A stretch of 64,000 nucleotides of DNA from a virus, in IMG/VR virus record IMGVR_UViG_3300035698_017294, positions 32,001-96,000 of that record; one strand, given 5' to 3'. The notes under the pieces were generated by a model. The model made no database searches. It had not been told where the DNA came from and was given only the letters and a program-made list of their open reading frames with translations. Of the stretch, positions 7,634-17,049 are shown in pieces. The translations under genes and the position numbers were made by a program. How positions within the stretch are numbered: the stretch's first letter is position 1; each line of letters opens with the position of its first letter.

Positions 7634-9829
7634 CTAAAGTGTAGTTATTTTGTCTGCAACCATTGAATCGTTTGCTACGGCCAGCATTCTAGCAACCAGC
7701 ATATCTCTACCGGCGACTCTGTGGCCTTTACCAACGATGCAAAGGTAACTGAAATTCTCATCATAAACCTGATGATCATTTCCTACTTCAACGTAGTATG
7801 TTTGTTTTTTTCCCTCTACCTTGTAGGCCTGCATGGTGCCGTATTGATTACGTGTCGGTATGTCTACCAGCTCGGCATTGAGGGATTTTACAGTTTTTGC
7901 CAGCAGGACCTCCGACTTGCGGATCACTTCGTTATATTCCGCTAATCCGGCTTTAAGAAGGTTAGTAACTGCTGACTGCGGTATGGTGATCAGCGCTGGG
8001 TCACCAAACAATGCAAACATATCCTCTAGGGATCTGCATCTTGTTATTTTTGTTTTGAATTGCTTTATATTTCTAACGTGATGCAAAGTCTTATTTTCAT
8101 CATTACCCTTTAGATAATTTTTACCGCGCTTCCTGGTAAGATGAAATACATAGTGCACTGGAATGTTTAAGAAGTTGTCACGATAGGATGCACCGAGTCC
8201 CGTGGCTATGGTGTCATGCAGCTCCATTGAGCAATTGGTAATTGACTTTAGGAACGCATCATACTCTTCATCTGTGTTGTAACACAAAGCTGTAGCAATA
8301 ATTTGCGAAGCCTCTCCCAGGTTTACGCGTACACCATTTATAGTTAGCTTGCTCTGCCGTGTTCCAACAGCTGTCAGCTTAGTAGTACGTAACCCATTCA
8401 CGTTAACTGTTCCAATTTTTGCTTTGAATGACGCCCCTTCGGTACCGGCTCGTATCCCCTGCTCAAGATTTGCACAAAACGCTGTCACAATGTCATCGAA
8501 CTGTACGTTTGCTATACCGCTGTTCCATGTGTATTGTTCTTTATCTCGCAGATATACGCCAATAGCTGATTTGTAGCGGTCATCTAGTACATCATTTATC
8601 TTGTATTCTATGAGTTCAATTCGCTGCGTATCATAGGTTACAGTACCATTTTCGTAGGTTACACCATTGAATTTCAATATCTCGTCTTTTGCAAGTTTGG
8701 ATTGTAGGGCTTTTCGCAGACCTTCCTTGAGCTCTTTTTCGTCATCCGCTTTTCGCATAGCAACTAGCATAGGCAATGAAGTCTCATAGAATTTATCTAT
8801 ATCAAGAGCCAATGAATTTTTCTCACCTACTTCATCTTTGTATGACCGCCAAGCATCGACCCACTCAACCTCCTCCAAAATATTGTTAAGCACTTCGGCT
8901 GAAAACGTGCTACCGTCAATAAAACAAGTAGGAGCGGCCTCGCGGGGGTCTTTAAATAAAAGCATTCCTGCGTCACAATATGGGTATATTTCACTGTCGT
9001 CCGAAACGGTCATTGATTTAGCCAGCATATGTTCATTAACATCAGCAGCATTATCAACGTCTTCTGCATTTTGAAGGTATTGGTTTTCGGCAGACCGGTA
9101 TACTACTGTTCTAACACCATCTTTTTCAGCTACCATTGTGATTTTACATATGCACCACCTATAGGGCAGTTTGTGTATAAGAGATGTCATGTCCTTATGC
9201 TCTTGCAGAGTGGTAAACGCTTCGGTGATTTTATACCCATCTTCTCTGAATTGCTCTACTGCCGCTGGAGTGTCTAGGCGGATTTTTCTGTTCTTATTAG
9301 CCACCTCATAAAGGCTATCAAAATCTGCACAATGCATTTCGATATCTTCAGCTAGAAAATTGATTTTGGAAAAATAGCTCAGCTTTCCAAGCTGTTCTAG
9401 CTTAGGCAGCTCATCTGATCTCCACGAGCAGAGTTTATTACCAGATCCGTATCTGGACACTGATGGCATGGTGAATCTAATAAGATACTTAGATGCTATT
9501 GCACCGTGATCAGCCAGTTCGGATCGTGCGTGTGACTCTAGAATCACTCTAAGTAGTGGGAGTGGGTCGCGGGTGGTATTAAATGTGGCTTCGCACCTTA
9601 GCCACCGTGCTGGAGCGGCATGAATACTACGATCGAAATGTACTGAAAACGGAAAAAAATGACCTACGTTAGGTTTTAAATCCCCTTCAACCCATTCGTC
9701 TATTTCTTTTGATAATTCATCAACTTTAGTAAAGAATTCATCAACTGCGCCTTCTTCGCTGAAGTTGTATATGGCCGCCATGCCCTCTATTTGCTCTCTA
9801 GATCTTCCTTCATACTTAATTTTAGTCAT
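7634..9829 (-). CDS. Large hypothetical protein; C-terminal domain with YLCIV..D..VARMLAVAND; co-transcribed with the Ubl gene
   Basis: 731-aa ORF 12 nt upstream of the Ubl gene; no family recognised. Confidence 0.8.
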   Translation of the reverse strand: MTKIKYEGRSREQIEGMAAIYNFSEEGAVDEFFTKVDELSKEIDEWVEGDLKPNVGHFFPFSVHFDRSIHAAPARWLRCEATFNTTRDPLPLLRVILESHARSELADHGAIASKYLIRFTMPSVSRYGSGNKLCSWRSDELPKLEQLGKLSYFSKINFLAEDIEMHCADFDSLYEVANKNRKIRLDTPAAVEQFREDGYKITEAFTTLQEHKDMTSLIHKLPYRWCICKITMVAEKDGVRTVVYRSAENQYLQNAEDVDNAADVNEHMLAKSMTVSDDSEIYPYCDAGMLLFKDPREAAPTCFIDGSTFSAEVLNNILEEVEWVDAWRSYKDEVGEKNSLALDIDKFYETSLPMLVAMRKADDEKELKEGLRKALQSKLAKDEILKFNGVTYENGTVTYDTQRIELIEYKINDVLDDRYKSAIGVYLRDKEQYTWNSGIANVQFDDIVTAFCANLEQGIRAGTEGASFKAKIGTVNVNGLRTTKLTAVGTRQSKLTINGVRVNLGEASQIIATALCYNTDEEYDAFLKSITNCSMELHDTIATGLGASYRDNFLNIPVHYVFHLTRKRGKNYLKGNDENKTLHHVRNIKQFKTKITRCRSLEDMFALFGDPALITIPQSAVTNLLKAGLAEYNEVIRKSEVLLAKTVKSLNAELVDIPTRNQYGTMQAYKVEGKKQTYYVEVGNDHQVYDENFSYLCIVGKGHRVAGRDMLVARMLAVANDSMVADKITTL

Positions 9830-9848
9830 TTATTTTTAATTTCCTTAC

Positions 9849-10238
9849 TTACTCTTCGTCTTTGAATTTCTCGTGCTCACAAGCTATGATAGCCTTGTAC
9901 CCATTTTCCTTGGGCCATGTGGACATTTCTTTTCCAATTAATTCCGCGGGCGTGACTACACCCAGATACTTCATTACTTGTACAAGCACGCTTCTCGCGT
10001 CTAGTTTGCCTGCTGGATCGGTTGATATCCACATCCCTTTGTGTGTAGGATCGCCTGCCCTATCGAGGATCCAAGCTTCATCAATTTGGTAATCGATTCC
10101 GTTTGGGTCACTGCATATAAGGACAGCTTTGGTAGCGACCTTATCAGGTGCCGTGTTAACTTCTCTCGATTCTACGTTCGTTATTTTCAAGTCTTTTCGT
10201 GAAGATCCTATCTTCATATTCAGGATGTTGGTTTCCAT
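9849..10238 (-). CDS. Hypothetical protein
   Basis: ORF, operon packing. Confidence 0.65.
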   Translation of the reverse strand: METNILNMKIGSSRKDLKITNVESREVNTAPDKVATKAVLICSDPNGIDYQIDEAWILDRAGDPTHKGMWISTDPAGKLDARSVLVQVMKYLGVVTPAELIGKEMSTWPKENGYKAIIACEHEKFKDEE

Positions 10239-10241
10239 GTA

Positions 10242-10703
10242 TTACTTTTCCTCTGCGCTGTCTGAGCTTCCAAAACCTTTTTCGCCGCGCTCTGTATCAT
10301 CAAGATTGTCTGCCCACTCGAAAGTAGCATCTATTCTATGATGTAAAACAAATTGAGCTATTTTGTCGCCCAGCTCTATATTTATTGGCTCTGGACCGTG
10401 ATTGGCCAGTACCACTTTAACTTCTCCTCGATAACCAGGATCAACGACGCCACCTTTGATAAAAACACTTTCCCTGGATGCAAACCCACTACGTTCGTCG
10501 ATTTTGATGTAGTAGTCTTCTGGAATGGCTACTGCTATACCTAGTGGCAGCACAGCTTTGGACCAGCCTGTAATACGCGTATACCCTACTGCTATTACAT
10601 CGAAGCCTACGTCGGTCCGGTTTATCTTAACTGGCAGCTTGGCATTTTTATGTAATTTCTTAATCTTGATCGTTAAGTTTTCGAATTTCTGAGATTGACC
10701 CAC
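10242..10703 (-). CDS. dut: Trimeric dUTPase
   Basis: GFDV, ERSGFA, GGVVDPGYRGEVKV, GDKIAQ, TERGEKGFGSS motifs. Confidence 0.95.
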   Translation of the reverse strand: MGQSQKFENLTIKIKKLHKNAKLPVKINRTDVGFDVIAVGYTRITGWSKAVLPLGIAVAIPEDYYIKIDERSGFASRESVFIKGGVVDPGYRGEVKVVLANHGPEPINIELGDKIAQFVLHHRIDATFEWADNLDDTERGEKGFGSSDSAEEK

Positions 10704-10995
10704 TATATTTTTCCATTTCCTTTTGCGTTAGTAATTTTCCTACTGTCATTATACTCGATTCCCTTATTCGCATCTCGCCTGGCACTGGCACGGCCCGCTC
10801 AAGAAATGGGGATGCGAGTTCCATCTTTTTTTTAGGTAAAGGTAGAAGAATGATTGTTTCGCCGTTGGGCGTAGAATCACCCATTAGTCCTATATAACTT
10901 ATACCACAGTTTAAGTGAATTAGTACGGGCGTGTCCTTTTCGAACATTGTCATCATGTTAACAACTCCATGTAATCTGTGAGTGGAACCAGCCAC
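10660..10995 (-). CDS. Hypothetical protein (start probably ~10956)
   Basis: ORF between recU and dut. Confidence 0.55.
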   Translation of the reverse strand: MAGSTHRLHGVVNMMTMFEKDTPVLIHLNCGISYIGLMGDSTPNGETIILLPLPKKKMELASPFLERAVPVPGEMRIRESSIMTVGKLLTQKEMEKYSGSISEIRKLNDQD

Positions 10996-11429
10996 TCGTC
11001 TTTGAATTCATCTGTCGGAATACTCTTACGCCCATCATCGTCGTATGCACTATTCCAGAACTTGCATATGAGCTCCATAGGGACCTTGTGAGCGTGCGTT
11101 TCGTTTAAACTGTAAAAGTGTACCAAGAAGAATGCCGCGCCTCCTAGGGCGTCCCATAGGCGCAGAAATTCAACCTGATGCTGCTTAAGAAGAGCGAGAG
11201 GCAAAGAAGTTTTGTTCTGGGTCTCTTTAGCATCAAATGCTATCCCTTTACCGCCCTTCAACACGCCGATAAAATCGACTGTACTTAGCTGCGGAATTAG
11301 ACCCTGACTGGTTGGAACAATGGGCGTCTCAATCTTTTGTATGTTGGCAAGCTTCTTTTTACGGTAAGTTCGGTTACATCTTTGAACTGCTTTTTCCAGT
11401 GCCTTGCCGCGTGGTATCTTTTTAGTCAT
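10953..11429 (-). CDS. recU: Holliday junction resolvase RecU family
   Basis: RGKALE, IQKIETP, STVDFIG, AFDAKET, HQVEFL. Confidence 0.9.
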   Translation of the reverse strand: MTKKIPRGKALEKAVQRCNRTYRKKKLANIQKIETPIVPTSQGLIPQLSTVDFIGVLKGGKGIAFDAKETQNKTSLPLALLKQHQVEFLRLWDALGGAAFFLVHFYSLNETHAHKVPMELICKFWNSAYDDDGRKSIPTDEFKDEWLVPLTDYMELLT

Positions 11430-11430
11430 T

Positions 11431-12051
11431 TTATCTTCTACCTATAATTCTAAGATACGGACATAGCCCGTCCTTGTGTGTATTCCTAGTTAGCTCTATC
11501 ACTTCAAGACCCAGTTTGTCGAAAATTGCTCGAAGCTTTCCCCCTGTGTATGCATTTCTGTGGAACTGTCCTTTACCATTCTGGTGTCCGAATAGAGTAG
11601 CAGTTAGGTAACCCCACCTACTGGTGAAGTCCTTTTTGTATTGCCCGAACCAATGCGCGTCATCACGAAATCCCACTTCATAAAAGTCTTGGAAATTCTC
11701 GTCAGCTTCTAACCATATCTTAATCTGTGCCTCGAAATCCGGAACAAAAATATTGACCGTACCACCCGGTGCTAGCAGTCTGCGGATTTCTAGGAATAAT
11801 TTCTTTTCTTCATCAAAAGATAAATGCTCTGCGACGGATTCGCACAATATTTCTGATGCGCAGGCATCTTTAAACGGTAGAGCAAATATGTCGTAATTGA
11901 AAACTGGGATTGATGGGTAAGATGTAGGATCCAATCCGTTCTGGGGAAGAATATCACTCTTCGAATCCATATCAATATTAATCCAATCGTCACCCAGTAT
12001 GTTTTTGCCACAACCTAAATGTAATTTCATCATGTTTTTAGCCGTTATCAC
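11431..12051 (-). CDS. Class I SAM methyltransferase (glycan-cluster type)
   Basis: KLHLGCG..WINID, LPF, EH, RLLAPGG..VPD. Confidence 0.85.
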   Translation of the reverse strand: MITAKNMMKLHLGCGKNILGDDWINIDMDSKSDILPQNGLDPTSYPSIPVFNYDIFALPFKDACASEILCESVAEHLSFDEEKKLFLEIRRLLAPGGTVNIFVPDFEAQIKIWLEADENFQDFYEVGFRDDAHWFGQYKKDFTSRWGYLTATLFGHQNGKGQFHRNAYTGGKLRAIFDKLGLEVIELTRNTHKDGLCPYLRIIGRR

Positions 12052-12691
12052 CCTTTACAAACATTTTGTAATTTCTTTCCATCATTTGTCCATAACTAAC
12101 TTCGTGCTTTTCAATATCACTTATACCTGTTGCTTGGATTGCGGCAATTGGGTACATAGCGTATACATCAAATTTACGGGCTTGTGTGACATACCAATCG
12201 GTATATCGATCGATGGGCTGTTTAAAATTTTTTAAACCTTTAATCAAAAAATCGTACAGGGTAGACTTTATAGCATAAGCATGTAGTGCTTTTGCTGCTC
12301 TTGGAATTATTAAATTTGGGCTTGCCAAATTAGAATAATCGATAAGGTTACAACCGAAATATAGCATGTCCCAATCTTCTGGTAATTGTTCCATTGCTTT
12401 TGGTATTGTATCTTCCCACTCATTTGCTAGTTCGAAATCATCTTCGAATATTAAAACATTTTCGTAATTGTTTTCTTTTGCGTACTCATATATTTTACAG
12501 TGACTGTCCTTACAACCAACGGTTGGCTGTGTAGGATTGTCAATGCCTTCGAACTTTATTACTCTGTCTGCGATTCCCAATTTTTCAAATTCTTTACTTA
12601 CAGCTTCCCATCGTTCGGTCCGCCGCTTTAAGTTAATGCAAAAAATTTGACCAAATAGGTCTAATGCGTTTTTCATAATATTTTTATCCAA
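12038..12691 (-). CDS. Glycosyltransferase family 25
   Basis: CINLKRRTERW, GCKDSH, LIFEDD, WDMLYFG, HAYAI. Confidence 0.9.
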   Translation of the reverse strand: MDKNIMKNALDLFGQIFCINLKRRTERWEAVSKEFEKLGIADRVIKFEGIDNPTQPTVGCKDSHCKIYEYAKENNYENVLIFEDDFELANEWEDTIPKAMEQLPEDWDMLYFGCNLIDYSNLASPNLIIPRAAKALHAYAIKSTLYDFLIKGLKNFKQPIDRYTDWYVTQARKFDVYAMYPIAAIQATGISDIEKHEVSYGQMMERNYKMFVKGDNG

Positions 12692-13644
12692 TACTGAATC
12701 ATTTCGTCTAACATTGTCTCAAAGGTATAGACAGGCTTCCAACCTAATGTCGTTTTGGCCTTGCGCGAATCGCCCTTTAGTCGAGCAAGTTCTTCAGGGC
12801 GCAGGTACTTACTGTCGGTTTTTACATAGGTGCGATAGTCTAGCCCAAGCTTATCGAATACGTATTTGCATAGGTCTTGTACCGTGTGTGATACACCTGT
12901 AGCGCATACGAAGTCATTGGGCTGTTCTTGCTGAAGCATCATCCACATTGCTTTTACATAGTCTGAGGCGTGTCCCCAATCTCGAGCAGCGTCTAAATTT
13001 CCCAATGTGAGATGATCTAGGTGCCCCAGTTTGATTTCAACGGCACCTTTTACTACTTTGTTAGTAACAAAGTTTATTCCCCTTCTTGGAGATTCGTGAT
13101 TGAATAGTATACCATTGGATATGAACATGCCGTAAGCATTACGATAGTTTTTAGTTAAATGATAAGCATATAACTTAGCACAGCCATAAGGACTCACAGG
13201 TGACATTGGAGTAGTTTCTCGTTGGAATCCATCTGAGTCTATATTGTTCCCGAACATTTCTGAGGAACTAGCTTGATATATTTTTGCATGACGTACAGCA
13301 TGTCTAGAGGTTTCCAACAAGTTTAACGTACCAATAGCATTTACCTGGGAGGTGTAAATTGGCTCATCAAAACTTATTCGTACGTGTGATTGGGCACCAA
13401 GATTGTAAACTTCATCTGGCGAGTATTTACTAAATATACGCTCCAATGAAGAAGTGTCAAGCAGGTCCCCATACTCAAGGGTTATCTGATTCTGTAGGTG
13501 GTCAATCCGGATTGATTGGCTTTCCGGAACGCTGTTTCGGCGTATCATTCCGACTACTCGATATCCTTTAGATATAAGAAACTCGGCTAAGTATGAGCCA
13601 TCTTGACCGTTAATACCTGTTATTAGCGCAGTTTTTTTATCCAT
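12673..13644 (-). CDS. gmd: GDP-mannose 4,6-dehydratase
   Basis: ALITGINGQDGSYLAE, AQSHVRISF, YQASSSEMFG, SPYGCAK, NGILFNHESPRRG, RDWGHA. Confidence 0.97.
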   Translation of the reverse strand: MDKKTALITGINGQDGSYLAEFLISKGYRVVGMIRRNSVPESQSIRIDHLQNQITLEYGDLLDTSSLERIFSKYSPDEVYNLGAQSHVRISFDEPIYTSQVNAIGTLNLLETSRHAVRHAKIYQASSSEMFGNNIDSDGFQRETTPMSPVSPYGCAKLYAYHLTKNYRNAYGMFISNGILFNHESPRRGINFVTNKVVKGAVEIKLGHLDHLTLGNLDAARDWGHASDYVKAMWMMLQQEQPNDFVCATGVSHTVQDLCKYVFDKLGLDYRTYVKTDSKYLRPEELARLKGDSRKAKTTLGWKPVYTFETMLDEMIQYWIKIL

Positions 13645-14797
13645 TTATCACCTTATTAATAACTGAGCAGACTGTCCTAATGTTAGCTTCTGACATGCCT
13701 GGATGATTTGGTATGTAAAGTCCTTTATTGTGAACCAAGTCATTGGCTACAGGACATGTATCACGTGAACTATAGGCTCGTTGATATGCTGGCTGCATTT
13801 CCATACTTCCGCATATAAGTGGCCTTGTTTCTATATCATTTTCGATTAGAGCTTTAGCGATTTCATCCCGCTTCGGATGTATTACAGGATAAGCAAAACT
13901 GGAGACGGTTCCACATGGAACCCTTGGTTTCCAGAAATCATTCATCAAAGTTTCCTGATACAGTTCGAAACCATTATGCCTTGCTCTTACAATTCTATCT
14001 AGCTTATCAAGTTGTCGAAGACCTATACGTGCTTGTAAATCAGTAGATCTTAAATTCATGCCAGAGAAATAGAATGTAAAGGATTGGTGGAAATCAGAGA
14101 TACCATGACTGTTCTGAAGCGTATCACTAGTTTTTTCCGACAGATCTCTTGCCCACCCATGGCTTCTGATACTTAGCATAACTTCATACAACTCTTTATC
14201 ATTGGTGCAAACCATTCCACCTTCAATAGTGGAAATGTGGTGACCGAAATATGTAGAGAAGCTGGACATCTTTCCATATGATCCTAGTTTAGTGCCGTAG
14301 TAAGTTGAGCCTAGGGACTCGCATGCATCTTCGAGTAGGATCATATGACGATCCTCACAAATCCTTTTTATTGCTTCCATCTGCGGTTGCATGCCTAATA
14401 CCGATACTAGTAAAAGTGCTTTAACTTTTGGGTCTGCGGTTAATTCGCCAAAGTGTTTAAAATCTACCGATAATGTCTCTTTGTTGCAATCACAAAGTAC
14501 CGGAACTAACCCAAGTTGCATTACGGGAAACAGGTCTGTTGCCCACGATACTGCGGGTACAATAACCTTGTCGCCTTTGACAAGTTGGCCTAATTCGAGA
14601 AGAGCTTGTATCATTATCAGATTGGCAGAGGATCCAGAGTTTACAAACACTGCATGTTCGCGTCCTATATACTGTGCCCATTTCTTTTCGAATTCTTTTG
14701 TAACTGGGCCCTGAGTTAGTCTGGGGTAGGTTTTTAACCATCGAACGAGATCATCTAAATCTAGTCCATCTATAGTATCATTTATTAGTTTTATCAT
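13637..14797 (-). CDS. PLP-dependent ColD/E1-type GDP-4-keto-6-deoxymannose 3-dehydratase (DegT/DnrJ fold)
   Basis: FVNSGSSANL, EDACESLG, STYFGHHISTIEGG with His in place of the Schiff-base Lys, RSHGWAR. Confidence 0.8.
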   Translation of the reverse strand: MIKLINDTIDGLDLDDLVRWLKTYPRLTQGPVTKEFEKKWAQYIGREHAVFVNSGSSANLIMIQALLELGQLVKGDKVIVPAVSWATDLFPVMQLGLVPVLCDCNKETLSVDFKHFGELTADPKVKALLLVSVLGMQPQMEAIKRICEDRHMILLEDACESLGSTYYGTKLGSYGKMSSFSTYFGHHISTIEGGMVCTNDKELYEVMLSIRSHGWARDLSEKTSDTLQNSHGISDFHQSFTFYFSGMNLRSTDLQARIGLRQLDKLDRIVRARHNGFELYQETLMNDFWKPRVPCGTVSSFAYPVIHPKRDEIAKALIENDIETRPLICGSMEMQPAYQRAYSSRDTCPVANDLVHNKGLYIPNHPGMSEANIRTVCSVINKVING

Positions 14798-15707
14798 TGT
14801 CCCACTTTTCTTTCATTTGATCGTAAGTGTGTTTAATCCCACTCTCAAGACTTGTTAAGAATATAGGGAAAGGAGTATTACAAAAAGTATGTAGTTTACT
14901 ATTGCTTATATCTTTACGATGTTGCCCACCGAGCATGCCATTAAACTTTATTTTCAGGTGAGGTTTTCCGCAAGCACGAATTGCTATATTGGCAATTTTC
15001 TTAATACTATAATTCTCTGATGAGCCTACGTTCATATTTTCATTTACGTCCTTAAGTATTACATACTTGATTACTTTCGCTAAATCTCCAGCATACATGA
15101 ATTGACGTAGTGGAGTACCATCTCCCCACAGTTCTATTTCGTCCTCAGCCTCATATATTTTACGAAGGAGGGATGCTACAAAGTGGCTGTTATGGGGTTC
15201 ATACTTATCGTATATACCATACAAGTTTGATGGTATCAAGTAGCTATATTTTTTATTGTATTGCTGACGGTAAGCATCTATTTGTGCCGCCATAGCTCTT
15301 TTGGCCATTGCATACGCAAAGTTACTTTGGGGGGCTGGTCCCTGATACAGCATGTCTTCAGTCATTGGGTACTGTTTCACCTGTTCAGGATAAATACAAC
15401 TGCTCAACATGCCAATGAATCGATCTACTCCATAAGCATGTGCATGCTTAAGTATGAGAGTGTTCATTAAGATGTTATCTTCCAGGTACTTTGTCGGATT
15501 AGATGTGTTATCCTGTATGCCCCCCACTTTGGCCGCTAAGTGTATTACAATTTTCGGTTGGTATAGATAGAACATTTCTTCAACATCCGGTTCAGAAGTC
15601 AAATCATATTCTGCTGAGGATAAATAATTAAAATCTGGCATCACTTCTTGGAGGTATTGACCTACTAAGCCATATCCTCCGGTTATTAAGGTTTTAGTCA
15701 TTAGCAT
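14778..15707 (-). CDS. GDP-L-fucose synthase / ColC-like epimerase-reductase
   Basis: TGGYGLVG, HLAAKVGGI, LSSCIYP, YAMAK, PSNLYG.YD, WGDGTPLRQF. Confidence 0.9.
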   Translation of the reverse strand: MLMTKTLITGGYGLVGQYLQEVMPDFNYLSSAEYDLTSEPDVEEMFYLYQPKIVIHLAAKVGGIQDNTSNPTKYLEDNILMNTLILKHAHAYGVDRFIGMLSSCIYPEQVKQYPMTEDMLYQGPAPQSNFAYAMAKRAMAAQIDAYRQQYNKKYSYLIPSNLYGIYDKYEPHNSHFVASLLRKIYEAEDEIELWGDGTPLRQFMYAGDLAKVIKYVILKDVNENMNVGSSENYSIKKIANIAIRACGKPHLKIKFNGMLGGQHRKDISNSKLHTFCNTPFPIFLTSLESGIKHTYDQMKEKWDNDKTNK

Positions 15708-16756
15708 ATTCTTTCTGTAGGCTGTTGTTTAGCAAACTCCAACGTCTTCGCCGATTCATGCTCTAATAAAATATAAAATATTTTACTAATATCAGCAGTC
15801 TTACCACTTAAAACTAAATCGACTAGGCTAATAGATTCAACGGAACTATAATATTTTTTCCTATCATCACATATAGATACCCCTATGACATGTTTCAAGT
15901 TCATTTTAATTGACATAGCCCATTCTGTACTTAGCAGGAATACGTCGTTAAGGGAGCATGCGTTTAACATGAAAGCACCATTTTCACCATTAAGTAATAA
16001 TCCATCACTTAAATAGAAAAGTGCTAAGACTTCATCCTGCGTTAAGGTATCATTTATTTCGTGATAATTGGTGTGCGCAGGAGATATGGTTTGTGGCGGA
16101 AACCCTATATTTACGATATTCATACCCGAATCTAAAATTTTAGTTATTATATTCGGTAAGTTTGGTATTATGTTAAGAGTATTCGTGTTAGGTTGCTTTT
16201 TTGAGAAGTTCCGTGTTATAATTATGTATGTTTTGTTGTCAAAGTATTTGTTATATTTTTCTTTAATCTTGAGAAAGGTTGGATAATAGGGTTTTAAGCT
16301 ATTACCATCTTGAATATAATCTGAGATAAATCTAAAATCTCTACGATAGCAGGATGCGAGATCTTTGTCTCGCACAGAATACCATTCTCGAAATAAAATG
16401 TAATCTCTTATGTTTCGCATAAGAAATTCATTATAAAAGATTACGTTTTCTGGATTTATGCTGCTATAGTTAGTGTTAACATGTGTGATGAATTTTTCCT
16501 TAGTATCAGTTACATTGCGATCCCCAAGGTAATCTAAAATATCTGGAAGGGCTCCCTTTTGACTTTTCATATAATCTGTCGAAAATACTAAAAGCTTATC
16601 GGCTTCGGGAATTACACCTATTACATTCTCTGGTATTGCTACAATTACTTGTATAGGATCGGTGTAGGTTTGTCGCAGTTTATAGATAAAAACATTTAGT
16701 CTAAAAAAAGCATTAAACTCAAATATTGGGGCGTATATTATAAAAGTTTCCACCAC
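15701..16756 (-). CDS. Hypothetical protein, possibly a glycosyltransferase
   Basis: AT-rich 351-aa ORF inside the glycan cluster. Confidence 0.6.
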   Translation of the reverse strand: MVETFIIYAPIFEFNAFFRLNVFIYKLRQTYTDPIQVIVAIPENVIGVIPEADKLLVFSTDYMKSQKGALPDILDYLGDRNVTDTKEKFITHVNTNYSSINPENVIFYNEFLMRNIRDYILFREWYSVRDKDLASCYRRDFRFISDYIQDGNSLKPYYPTFLKIKEKYNKYFDNKTYIIITRNFSKKQPNTNTLNIIPNLPNIITKILDSGMNIVNIGFPPQTISPAHTNYHEINDTLTQDEVLALFYLSDGLLLNGENGAFMLNACSLNDVFLLSTEWAMSIKMNLKHVIGVSICDDRKKYYSSVESISLVDLVLSGKTADISKIFYILLEHESAKTLEFAKQQPTERIC

Positions 16757-17049
16757 ACCTCCAAGTCTTCAATAGTAAATGCTTTGTCGTCTATAAACAA
16801 ATCGAATGCAGGTTTTCCAAATTTAAGCTCGTGATACTTTACTTTCCAACGCTTGAGTTGGGCTTTAGTAATTTTTGACCAATCTTTTTTAGATTGCGTT
16901 CCACGAGCTGTCCAGTATATAATACGATGGCCTTGATCAAATAACTTATTTATCATTTTTATTTTATCTGCACGAGGCATCGCAAGCGAGTAATCCATGT
17001 GCGGCGATTCCGTACATATTGTGTTATCTATATCGACATAAATTATCAT
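16738..17049 (-). CDS. Small HAD-family phosphatase (capsule-cluster type)
   Basis: VDIDNTIC, WTARG, KFGKP..DLFIDDK. Confidence 0.85.
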   Translation of the reverse strand: MIIYVDIDNTICTESPHMDYSLAMPRADKIKMINKLFDQGHRIIYWTARGTQSKKDWSKITKAQLKRWKVKYHELKFGKPAFDLFIDDKAFTIEDLEVWWKLL

